Assembly (NCBI GenBank): GCA_963753975.1 | Contig: CAVWEH010000004.1 | Location: 224,001-288,000 of the forward strand | DNA length: 64,000 nt | Reading direction: 5' to 3' | From: an uncultured delta proteobacterium | Lineage (GTDB): Bacteria > Desulfobacterota > Syntrophia > Syntrophales > Smithellaceae | Shown here: in pieces, positions 48,688 to 57,315 of the stretch | How the letters are laid out: the number at the start of each line of letters is the position of its first letter | Numbering within the stretch: the first letter of the stretch is position 1 | Position numbers and translations under genes: made by a program | Notes under the pieces: model-generated | Seen by the model: only the letters and a program-made list of their open reading frames with translations | The model's database searches: none | Told to the model about the DNA's origin: nothing

Positions 48688-49884
48688 CTATTTGGTTCGA
48701 TAGTTAAAAAGTAAATTAAACTTACCCTTATCAATTTTTAAGTCTGGTGATAATCGTACAGCTTCCTGTATAGCAAACATGCCAGTAGAAATGCCCTTAG
48801 CCATTATATCAACCAAGTACTGAGGATAAGGTTCCCTGATTTGAGGAAAAACAATTTGCTTCTTAATACTTAAAAGATATTTTTCTAGAATGGCTTTATC
48901 TAAAGCTGCTGCTTCCTTTAATTCAATACGATATGCTATACCATCAGCATAAGGCTTATAATAAGTAAAATATAGTTTTGATTTCTTGCCTTTTGTTGTT
49001 AATGGTTCAATGGCTTGCTTAAGAGCCTCATTCAGTTTGATCTTTTCGTCTATCTCTAAATTACAATTTATATGCAAATCGTTCCAAACCTTTTTTCTTT
49101 CTTCCGAACTTTGGCCGACCGAGAAAGGCGTCAAATATTCGTCCTCTTGAAGTTTTAAAGAAAAGAAAGTCCTATCATCTATTGTTATATTATGCTTCTT
49201 TAAGTAAGCATCGATGATATCCCTTGAGGAACTATATTTTACCAAAGCGATAATGTTTGGATCTCCGTTTAAAACCGAGTTAATTATGTCGGGAATATCA
49301 GGGATAATCTTTTTATAAGTTTCCCTTAAGAAATCACGCAAAGCATCAGCATACTCCTTGTCAGCCGTATTCTCATCTTTTGCTGACAGCATACTATTAA
49401 TCTTAAGGATAGGAGTAAAATGAGTACCATCCATGATTCTTATATCGTGCTTTGACGAGGCTAAGACACTTAGCTCCATCAAAAACATTACCCCTTGGGC
49501 GAGTCTAGCATTAGCTTCATTGTGTGATAAAACCGTTTGCCATTGATAATATTGATTTTTGTCTTTCCCCCAATCCTTAGATTCGTCTACCGTCAATCCT
49601 TCTACGCCAACCGCAACGGCTAAGAGTAAATCCGTACCTGTCATTCGCTCTAAAATAAAACTACCATCTACAGCGACAAGCGAAGTCGAAAAATCTGTAC
49701 CTGTTAATTTAATAATCTTGCCTGAGGTCTTAAGCTCAGCCATTCCGTTTTCAAGTGGCTCATCTTGAATATTAAACATCTTATTCATTTTATCCACCGT
49801 TAACGGCACATGCTCAAGAATCTTGGCCAGCAAGTCTTCAGGCAAATGTGCATAATTTCGGTTTCCCTCTTCAAAAGACGTCAT
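48688..49884 (-). CDS. nurA: NurA-family nuclease (RNase H fold)
   Basis: VAVDGS, MEL, IMDGT, LVK and EPYPQYLVD motifs; directly upstream of HerA. Confidence 0.82.
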   Translation of the reverse strand: MTSFEEGNRNYAHLPEDLLAKILEHVPLTVDKMNKMFNIQDEPLENGMAELKTSGKIIKLTGTDFSTSLVAVDGSFILERMTGTDLLLAVAVGVEGLTVDESKDWGKDKNQYYQWQTVLSHNEANARLAQGVMFLMELSVLASSKHDIRIMDGTHFTPILKINSMLSAKDENTADKEYADALRDFLRETYKKIIPDIPDIINSVLNGDPNIIALVKYSSSRDIIDAYLKKHNITIDDRTFFSLKLQEDEYLTPFSVGQSSEERKKVWNDLHINCNLEIDEKIKLNEALKQAIEPLTTKGKKSKLYFTYYKPYADGIAYRIELKEAAALDKAILEKYLLSIKKQIVFPQIREPYPQYLVDIMAKGISTGMFAIQEAVRLSPDLKIDKGKFNLLFNYRTK

Positions 49885-49885
49885 A

Positions 49886-51046
49886 TTATTTTACCGCTCG
49901 CAATTTTTTAGGTTTGTCAATTTTTGAACTAACATCCTCAAAAAAACATAAAGCATTAAAATTTTTATATGTTAAATCCTTCTCACTTTTTGGTATTGCC
50001 CATCTTTGTTTCCAATAGGCTGTTAAGTCATCAATAGTATGATGATACCATTTAGGTCTTGCATTCTTTTTGATTACGTCAGATAAGTTTTTCACAAAAG
50101 GAAAGAGATACACAGCTCTCCTTATACCATGTGTTGAGCCATTTTCGAAGCCTAACAGATTTAAAGCTTGTGATATCAACCGCAACTTCCTAGAAGGACC
50201 ACTACCGTAACCTCTTCGTACATCATATCCTTTTGAATCTAAGAACATTACTAGTTTATCAAATATATCATTTGAAATATGAAACGAGCCGCTTCCATGT
50301 GAATAGCCAATAAATTTTGCAACATATTCTGTGTTATATTTCAGGCGTGTATAAACACTGCTTTTCCCATATGCACCTGTTGTTGTTATGAATAGTAGTC
50401 TGGGTGGCAAATCTCTTTTTTGCAGAACTGTTTGGACATCAGCATATTTTTGTGCATATTTTCGTCTTATTAAATCAGCGCCTACAAGGTAGGCTACTAA
50501 TTTACCGCCCAATATACTATTATATGGCGGTACGGCACCTAGGCGCTGTGCGCTTAAAGACTGATTAACCCAGTAATCTCGAGTATCCGCAGGAATACCT
50601 AAATGTTTGTCTCTGACACTCCAGCTTAAAATTGGACTTTGCAGTCCAATTAATCCAATAATTGATTTGTGATGTTGATCCCATACTATATAACGCATTT
50701 GCCTTCCATAAGCACGTTCATATGGCAAGCTCCACCAAACGAGATTCCACCACCGGAACAAAACTTCCCATTCTGTATCTGGCAATACCTCTATAAGACG
50801 TGGTTTAATTTTTCGTACGTCTATATTGTTACCATCAATCAAGTATTTTTTAGCTATTTTAGTACTTCTTGAAATGAAATCTTTTCGTTTCTCAATACGT
50901 TCTTCTTTTGCCAAATCATGGACCGAGCGCTTTGTATCGTGATCCATAACAGCTAACGAAAATTGATTTTTTTTAACTTCATATCCTTGTTTTTTAAGTA
51001 TCTTTCTAATCTCTTTTTTTAATTTTGCTTGATCAATAGTTTTCAT
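49886..51046 (-). CDS. DUF4338 / Druantia DruA-like protein
   Basis: WSLPY...GRQMRYIVWD...IGLIGL.SP, RD, LGAVPPYNSILGGKLVA, ITTTGAYGKSSVY.RL, GYS.GSG.FH. Confidence 0.8.
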   Translation of the reverse strand: MKTIDQAKLKKEIRKILKKQGYEVKKNQFSLAVMDHDTKRSVHDLAKEERIEKRKDFISRSTKIAKKYLIDGNNIDVRKIKPRLIEVLPDTEWEVLFRWWNLVWWSLPYERAYGRQMRYIVWDQHHKSIIGLIGLQSPILSWSVRDKHLGIPADTRDYWVNQSLSAQRLGAVPPYNSILGGKLVAYLVGADLIRRKYAQKYADVQTVLQKRDLPPRLLFITTTGAYGKSSVYTRLKYNTEYVAKFIGYSHGSGSFHISNDIFDKLVMFLDSKGYDVRRGYGSGPSRKLRLISQALNLLGFENGSTHGIRRAVYLFPFVKNLSDVIKKNARPKWYHHTIDDLTAYWKQRWAIPKSEKDLTYKNFNALCFFEDVSSKIDKPKKLRAVK

Positions 51047-51237
51047 GATTGAAGTGATTTAAGACAATCGTATTATTTACTTATGTAGGATACTAAGGAC
51101 AGCGCCCAATTACTAAATTGGAGCTTTGCGAATATTACGCTTTCTTAAAAAAAGCGCAAGAAAAAACATGTAGTTGAATAAGACAGAGGCGAGGGGCACG
51201 TAGCACGGGACAAGCGCAAATACCCGCGGAAGAAAAT

Positions 51238-51975
51238 TCAGCTGAAGTAAACACCGCCGTCGACATTAATCGTCTGACCGGTCATGTAACCGTTCCCGAC
51301 AAGCATGACGGCGATAGCGGCCACTTCCTCCACCGTGCCCAGCCTGCCTACCGGAATTAGGCTGCCCAGGGAGCGTGCGGACTCGTTAATCATATCCGTG
51401 ATGATCAGCGCCGGAGCGATAGCATTTACGGTGATGCCTTCCTTAATCAGCAATGCGGCGAAGGAATGTGTTAAGCCCAGCATTCCCGCTTTGGAAGCGG
51501 CATAATGCGGCCCAACAATGCCGCCCGTATGTGCCGCCGCCGAAGAAATGTTGATAATTCTGCCCCACTTCTGCGCGCGCATCTGCGGGAGCGCCGCCTG
51601 CGTTACCAGAAAGCAGGATTTAAGATTCACGGCAATGGTCTTATCCCAGAGCGCCTCGTCAATTTCATTCAGAGGGGTGATCGGGGCTATCCCCGCGTTA
51701 TTGACCAGAATGGATATCGCCCCAAGTTGATCTTCCACGGTTTTGATCATTGCGGCAACAGCCTGCGAGTTGCTGACATCGGCTTGCACGGCAAGAGCCC
51801 GCCGGCCTTGTTCCTCAATTATCCGGCAGACCGCCCGGGCTTCTTTTTCCCGCGATACGTAATTAATTGCTATATCGGTTCCCGCTTTGGCGAGTCCTAT
51901 GGCGATAGCTCTGCCGATACCGCGACTTCCGCCGGTTACCAGAGCGATACGTCCTTTTACTTCATCAATCGGCAT
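51238..51975 (-). CDS. SDR-family oxidoreductase (FabG-like)
   Basis: TGGSRGIG, NNAG, YAASK. Confidence 0.93.
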   Translation of the reverse strand: MPIDEVKGRIALVTGGSRGIGRAIAIGLAKAGTDIAINYVSREKEARAVCRIIEEQGRRALAVQADVSNSQAVAAMIKTVEDQLGAISILVNNAGIAPITPLNEIDEALWDKTIAVNLKSCFLVTQAALPQMRAQKWGRIINISSAAAHTGGIVGPHYAASKAGMLGLTHSFAALLIKEGITVNAIAPALIITDMINESARSLGSLIPVGRLGTVEEVAAIAVMLVGNGYMTGQTINVDGGVYFS

Positions 51976-52057
51976 ATATAATTATCCTTCATTGTAATTT
52001 GGGTAATTAGGGGGACATAATACTCAATTTATCTGATTGTCCCCAGAACTCCGACGC

Positions 52058-52465
52058 TTATCTTCTCTTCATCAGTTCAAAAATGGCGCCTCCCGGCCCT
52101 CCGGCATCGAGGTAGGCGAATTTTCCCGGATCATGGATCAGGAGCCTTGCTCCATCTTTCGTCAGTTTGGCCACTTCCGCATCTACATCGTCAACAAAGA
52201 ATCCGAGGTGATGAACGCCTTCTCCCCATTTGTCCAAAAACCTGGATTGGAAAATTCTTCCCTCGACACACTGCACGAGCTCGATCTCCAGGGGCCCCAC
52301 GTAAGCAAAGGCCATGCGGATTTTCCAGGAGCGCCCCTTTATATCCGTGCCGCCGTTTTCTCTGTACGTCCAGGGAGCAATGCCATAGAGTCTCGACCAC
52401 GCCTCGACCGTCTTGTCGATATCGGTTACCGCGTAGCTGATATGATCAATCGATTTCACCTTCAT
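52058..52465 (-). CDS. VOC-family protein (methylmalonyl-CoA epimerase-like)
   Basis: IDHISYAV, EIELVQ, GEGVHHLGF, IFELM. Confidence 0.9.
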   Translation of the reverse strand: MKVKSIDHISYAVTDIDKTVEAWSRLYGIAPWTYRENGGTDIKGRSWKIRMAFAYVGPLEIELVQCVEGRIFQSRFLDKWGEGVHHLGFFVDDVDAEVAKLTKDGARLLIHDPGKFAYLDAGGPGGAIFELMKRR

Positions 52466-52500
52466 TTTTCAACTTTCCTTTTTCGATATTTTTCGTCCAT

Positions 52501-52662
52501 TTAAACGGTTTTCGGCCATAAAGCCCAGATCAATAAGGCGATAAACACTATCGCGCATGCACCTATTACAATTATCGTTTTCAATTTCTTTGACATGCGC
52601 TTCTTTCTTGGTTTTGCTTTTGCTTTTACTTTTGCGTTTGCTCTGACTTTTTTCTTTGCCAT
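52501..52662 (-). CDS. Small Lys-rich single-TM protein (53 aa, absent from the ORF track)
   Basis: MAKKKVRANAKVKAKAKPRKKRMSKKLKTIIVIGACAIVFIALLIWALWPKTV*; AAGGA RBS. Confidence 0.65.
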   Translation of the reverse strand: MAKKKVRANAKVKAKAKPRKKRMSKKLKTIIVIGACAIVFIALLIWALWPKTV

Positions 52663-52713
52663 GTGTTCCATCCTTTCGTTACATCCAATTAAGCGATATT
52701 CGGCTCCGGAACC

Positions 52714-52780
52714 TCAAGCCTCGTGAGCTTCCTTTCCATAAACTCTTTCATACGCCGCGCAGTAAGGGCAGAAGCCATTC
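52714..52780 (-). pseudogene. 3' remnant paralogous to the 58007-58198 gene
   Basis: Reads NGFCPYCAAYERVYGKEAHEA* versus NGLCPYCAAYERVYGKKAHEA*. Confidence 0.75.
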
Positions 52781-52851
52781 CAATGAGAGGGACAGCGGCT
52801 TCTTATAAAATGTTTTTTGGTGAAACTTGATGAATCACGGGCCCAGCCAAA

Positions 52852-53386
52852 GCCCTCCGATAGCGCAGGATCGTTCCCAATCCCGATCTATCGGGATTGG
52901 ATAATTCGACTTACAAATTTCACTACACTGTGCTTGTGAAATTTGAGTCTCATTACAGCTAGTAAATTCCGATGCACCTATAGTGACCTTTAGGTTATTT
53001 GCTTTCGTAATTGGAGTTTCACTATACTACAACTTCCAATAAGTAATGCAAGGAAAATCACGGGTATGAACCACAAAATAAGGTTTTGCCAACCATATTT
53101 CTAAAAGGTGTCATTAATCCCCATACGCTACGCTTCGGGGATAGTTCGGCTAACAAATTTCACTACACTGTGCTTGTGAAATTTGAGTCTCATTACAACT
53201 TTCAGTGCGCTACGCTTGCTTTTATTAAGGTGCTCATTATCCCCATCCACTGCGTTTCGGGGATAGTTCGGCTAACAACTTTCAGTGCGCTATGCTTCTG
53301 AAAGTTGAGCCTCACTACAACTAGCCAATTCCGATTCACCTATAGTGACCTTTAGGTTATCCGTTTTCGTAATTGGAGTTTCACTA
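52852..53386. repeat. Cluster of modular palindromic REP/MITE-like repeats
   Basis: Hairpins CCAATCCCGAT/ATCGGGATTGG, CAAATTTCAC/GTGAAATTTG (x2), ATCCCC/GGGGAT (x2), CAACTTTCAG/CTGAAAGTTG; GTGACCTTTAGGTTAT..AATTGGAGTTTCACTA (x2). Confidence 0.85.
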
Positions 53387-53387
53387 A

Positions 53388-53453
53388 TTTTCGGCAAAAT
53401 AGTGCCGGTCTTTCCCCGAATTAGATAATCGGATATGCCCTCCTGCGTTAGCG
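53388..53453 (-). pseudogene. Duplicated fragment of the sirtuin 3' end
   Basis: TTTTCGGCAAAATAGTGCCGGTCTTTCCC..AT.AGATAATCGGATATGCCCTC matches 54801-54866. Confidence 0.75.
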
Positions 53454-53744
53454 TGACAAACAAGATCAAGTCTCTAGAGCTTTGTGCAAATTCCAGCGGA
53501 AGGTCCTGAACTGGGCGGTTACGGTATGGGCGATCAAACGAATTATTCTTTCATCGCGGGATCTATTGGAGATGACTTCTGTGATGCTGTTCGAAATTTA
53601 GTTTGTGTCGAACAAGGGAATTAAGAAAGGAAAGTAAGAAGGGGGAAATACAATGAACGGCATCATATTATTTTAAATGAAAATCGGGGACGATTTGCAC
53701 CTCCCCCAGTATTTAAAAATGCGGCTGAAACGGCCAACCGGAAA

Positions 53745-54434
53745 TTATTTTAGAGGCAGGTGCGAGTTTAACATTTTCATCGTTTTTTGCCAGGAATCAT
53801 CATCGTAAGGTTTGTTATAAAGTCCGAGGGAATCTGTGTTGAATGCATGTCCGGCTTTTGGATAAATAATCAAATTAAAATCTTTGCCTTTTGTTTTTGC
53901 CGCAGCGGCGATTTGTTTAATATCTTCGACCAGGCAGCAATTGGCGAATACATCATCTTCGCCCTGAAAAACGAGTACGGGAACCTTGAATCGGTCGGAA
54001 TAACTTTTTAAATCGTGAATCCATGTTGTCGCAGGATAGTAGGCAATAACGGCCGATACGGTGTCCGGCATGCCGGATGCCGCGCCGAGCGCTATCCAGC
54101 CGCCCAGGGAATAGCCGATAACGACAACCTTTCGGGAGCTGGAATGGGAAGATTGCAGCGTCTCGCGGATAATTTTTGATAATTGTAATTTGCACGAATC
54201 CAGATCTTTCCAGTCAAGATCATTGGAATCAAACAGCAGCGCGTAATAGCCTGCTTCTCTGAGTCTGTCTGCGAATTGGGTATAAGCAGCCGAACCGTCA
54301 ATGCCGGATAAAAGGATTACGGCCGGTCCCTTGCCTGCTTTCGGCTGGTAATCCATGGGAGCGATGGCGCGGTTGCAGGAAGATAATACTAAAAACTGGG
54401 ACGCCAATAATATTGAGAAAATAATTTTCTTCAT
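53745..54434 (-). CDS. Dienelactone hydrolase-family lipoprotein
   Basis: LSSC lipobox, GYSLGG, AYYP, QGEDD, YPKAGHAF. Confidence 0.88.
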   Translation of the reverse strand: MKKIIFSILLASQFLVLSSCNRAIAPMDYQPKAGKGPAVILLSGIDGSAAYTQFADRLREAGYYALLFDSNDLDWKDLDSCKLQLSKIIRETLQSSHSSSRKVVVIGYSLGGWIALGAASGMPDTVSAVIAYYPATTWIHDLKSYSDRFKVPVLVFQGEDDVFANCCLVEDIKQIAAAAKTKGKDFNLIIYPKAGHAFNTDSLGLYNKPYDDDSWQKTMKMLNSHLPLK

Positions 54435-54484
54435 GCCTTTCTTCCTTTGGTATTGTAAGACTGAACTGATATTTGTAATTGATG

Positions 54485-54754
54485 CAGACTGCGCTTTAAG
54501 CCGCTTTTCATTGATGGTGTAACCGTCCACCAAGTGCTTGCGCAAAACATTGGTTGCCCAAATACGGAATTGTGTTCCCCGAATATATTACGTAAATGTC
54601 GAGAAATAACAGAGTTGTCCTTTTCAAATAGTTTTGCCAATTGATTCAGACTCAACCACACGGTGTCGCGCATCAATTTGACTTCCAGATTGTTTTGATA
54701 AAGAACAATCTGCCCGCCTGAAATATCTTCTATGTGTTTTCCTCTTTGTAGCAC
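54485..54754 (-). pseudogene. RhuM/virulence-protein (Fic-associated) N-terminal remnant with internal deletion
   Basis: DTVWLSLNQLAKLF...VISRHLRNIF, then in another frame RGTQFRIWATNVLRKHLVDGYTINEKRL. Confidence 0.8.
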
Positions 54755-54768
54755 AGTAATAGCCTCGT

Positions 54769-55570
54769 CTAATCGGTTTTCTTCTTAACCTCCGCCACGA
54801 TTTTCGGCAAAATAGTGCCGGTCTTTCCCTGGATCAGATAATCGGATATGCCCTCTTCTGTCAGCGGAGTGCGATCAGCATTGATTTCAACGATAATTGT
54901 TTTTTGTTTAGATTGATACTGTTTGGCCATCCTGGGCAGCATGGCAAAAGGATGAACTACCGCCGACGTCCCGCAAATCAGCATCAGATCACATTTTCCC
55001 ACCTCTGCCTGGCTTTCCTGGGCGACGTCTGCGGGAATGGCCTCATTAAAATGGACGACATCCGACTTCAGAACGCCATTGCATTTTCGGCATAAAGGCG
55101 GCAAGCGATCTTCCGCCAATAACCGATCCAGCTCGAATTCCGTCGGGATCAAACCGGGAATCGCATTCAAAACATCTGAGCAATGAAATATTTCCGTGAT
55201 AATCCAGAACTCTCTTGCTGCCCGCTTTCTGGTGCAGGTTATCAATATTCTGGGTGACTACACATTTCAGAAGTGCCATCTTCTCCAATTCGGCCAGGGC
55301 AAAATGCCCGGGATTAGGGAGGGCATTAATCAAATCTCCCATCCATGATGTGCCGGTCATTCGCTCTATCCAGTATTCTTTGGGGTTTTGTTGAAACTTG
55401 AAATAACTCTGATAGGCCTTTCTTTCGGCAGCGGGATTTTTCGTCCAGATCCCGTTTGGTCCCCGAAAATCAGGGATTCCCGATTCGGTGGACATGCCTG
55501 CTCCGGTCAACCCGACGGCATGTTTGCTTTTGATTAACAGCTCGGCTGCTTTGGAAATTAATTCTTCCAT
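54769..55570 (-). pseudogene. cobB: CobB/Sir2 NAD-dependent protein deacylase, frameshifted
   Basis: TGAGMSTESGIPDFRG, TQNIDNLH, HGN, two CxxC, GTSAVVHP; one extra base at 55145-55147. Confidence 0.85.
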
Positions 55571-55646
55571 ATCAATTTCATGAGTTATTCCGGGGACACC
55601 ATGCCAATTGTCCTCATCATTTGTTATTTCTATTGCTTCTTTCTAA

Positions 55647-56081
55647 TTAATATTTCCCTGCAATATAATTACTCAATTGATTGATGAGAAAATCTTTATT
55701 GGAAATAATTAATTTTACAACGTCGCCAATGGAAATGATACCGACAAAATTATTTTTTTCAAAAACAGGCAAATGCCGTACATGCTTTCCTGTCATCAGA
55801 ACCATCGCTTCTTCCACGCTGGTATCCGGGGTAACGGAAAATAATTTAGAAGACATGACTTCTTTTACTAAGGTTTCTTTAGAGGTTTTCCCCTGGAGGA
55901 TAATTTTTCTCGCATAATCTCTTTCCGAAATGATGCCCACGACTTTATTGCCCTCCATCACCACCAGCGCACCAATCTCCTCCTTGCTCATCTTCTCCAG
56001 GGCTTCATACACCGTTGCCTTAGGAGAGATGGACTGAATCTTACTATCTTTCGCCTTGAGAATATCCCTGACATAAATCAT
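55647..56081 (-). CDS. CBS-domain protein
   Basis: IGALVV, GIISERDYARK, RHLPV, GIISIGDVVK. Confidence 0.93.
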   Translation of the reverse strand: MIYVRDILKAKDSKIQSISPKATVYEALEKMSKEEIGALVVMEGNKVVGIISERDYARKIILQGKTSKETLVKEVMSSKLFSVTPDTSVEEAMVLMTGKHVRHLPVFEKNNFVGIISIGDVVKLIISNKDFLINQLSNYIAGKY

Positions 56082-56243
56082 AGTTGCCTCCTCTTTATCG
56101 TTTATCTATAGTTTAATGTATGTATCGTTCTATTTGGACACTTCTATTACCTACCAGCCCTTATTAAAATCCGCCCCCAATATTTATTTAATCTTTTGCA
56201 GCATTTACCCCATCATTCGATGAACCAGGCTCAGATTCAATGA

Positions 56244-56927
56244 TTAAAAAGTATAACGGAAAGCGGCCATCACTTCATGTGCGGTCAAAGAGCCTGTGTA
56301 GTTTCCAGCAGGAATACCTGTTCCCATAACTCTTAAAGGAACATTAAATCTACCCATATCGATATAACGGTAACCGACTCTCACGCCGAAATTATTTGTA
56401 AACGCGTAATATACGCCCGTCTCAGCCTGCCAGGTAAAATTCGAGTCACTGCTGTCGGTCATTACGACGGTATCATTTGTTTTAACTTTCATCCATGTAT
56501 TGCCGACACCCGCCCCCAGATAGGGCGTTAAGTTTTTAAAATGAAATGGCTCTGCAAAGACAGAAAACATCAGCGAATAAACATCGCTTACTTCAGTCGT
56601 GAAAAAGAATGTCGGTACAGGCGGCTGAAAACTATTCGTCGTGAAATCGAGTTTACCCCTGTAATTGTAAGACACATCCGCCCTCAGGAAGTCGAAAAAC
56701 ACCGCTCCGCAACGCAGACCCGGCACTACTTGCGCAGTTCTATCGTCACCGGTATTTTCATCAGACCCCGCAGTATTGAAACCACCCGACCTTAATTTAA
56801 TAAAAGAGCTGCCTACTTCACCTTCCAGATATAATTTAACATTGTCCGCGGCAAAAATCGGTGAAGAGCAAAAAACAACAATCGCCAAACATAATAACCA
56901 TAGACCGGCAAAACTCAATTTTTTCAT
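56244..56927 (-). CDS. Eight-stranded outer-membrane beta-barrel protein
   Basis: Signal peptide, TPYLGAGVG, GYRYIDMG, terminal RYTF. Confidence 0.88.
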   Translation of the reverse strand: MKKLSFAGLWLLCLAIVVFCSSPIFAADNVKLYLEGEVGSSFIKLRSGGFNTAGSDENTGDDRTAQVVPGLRCGAVFFDFLRADVSYNYRGKLDFTTNSFQPPVPTFFFTTEVSDVYSLMFSVFAEPFHFKNLTPYLGAGVGNTWMKVKTNDTVVMTDSSDSNFTWQAETGVYYAFTNNFGVRVGYRYIDMGRFNVPLRVMGTGIPAGNYTGSLTAHEVMAAFRYTF

Positions 56928-57052
56928 TCTCTTTCCTCCTAACAGCGCTTGTAATATCTGAGTTTCATTAGAATTGGAGTTTCACAAAAACCATGTGCTT
57001 AAATATACCCGCAATTTTCTTTATTGTGAAGCTCTAATTTCGCAAGCGCAGC

Positions 57053-57175
57053 GCATCGGAATTGGCTAGCTGTAATGAGACTCAAATTTCACAAGCACAG
57101 TGTAGTGAAATTTGTAAGTCGAATTATCCAATCCCGATAGATCGGGATTGGAACGATCCTGTGCTATCGGAGGGC
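57053..57175. repeat. Near-identical inverted copy of 52852-52975
   Basis: The reverse complement matches over about 123 nt with only a few differences. Confidence 0.9.
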
Positions 57176-57315
57176 AATCTGCCCGTGGTTTCAATTCTTT
57201 TTTTGTACAGATTATTTCGCTTCGGTTTTCTCCTAAGCAACCAAATAAAAGTTTCGTTTCCGAAACCTTTATGATAAAAAGCGCCGAATCACATAACACT
57301 ATAAAGAGGCAATAA

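Noticed and set aside
46825..51046. Canonical Druantia system or archaeal-type Mre11-Rad50-NurA-HerA repair operon
   Set aside because: No DruE helicase, DruB-D, Mre11 or Rad50 in the window
53147..53320. Integron attC sites (GCTAAC cores plus palindromes)
   Set aside because: No properly paired RYYYAAC...GTTRRRY boxes around single genes and no integrase; IntegronFinder would settle it
52852..53386. CRISPR array
   Set aside because: Repeat units vary in length and order, lack regular unique spacers, and no cas genes are present
53745..54545. RhuM-dienelactone hydrolase fusion protein
   Set aside because: The hydrolase has its own AAGGAAG-like RBS, ATG at 54434 and signal peptide; the in-frame RhuM piece is a remnant
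46825..55570. Sir2-HerA (Nezha-type) defence system
   Set aside because: The sirtuin is a CobB-type deacylase with a zinc finger, lies about 6 kb from herA and is separated by unrelated genes
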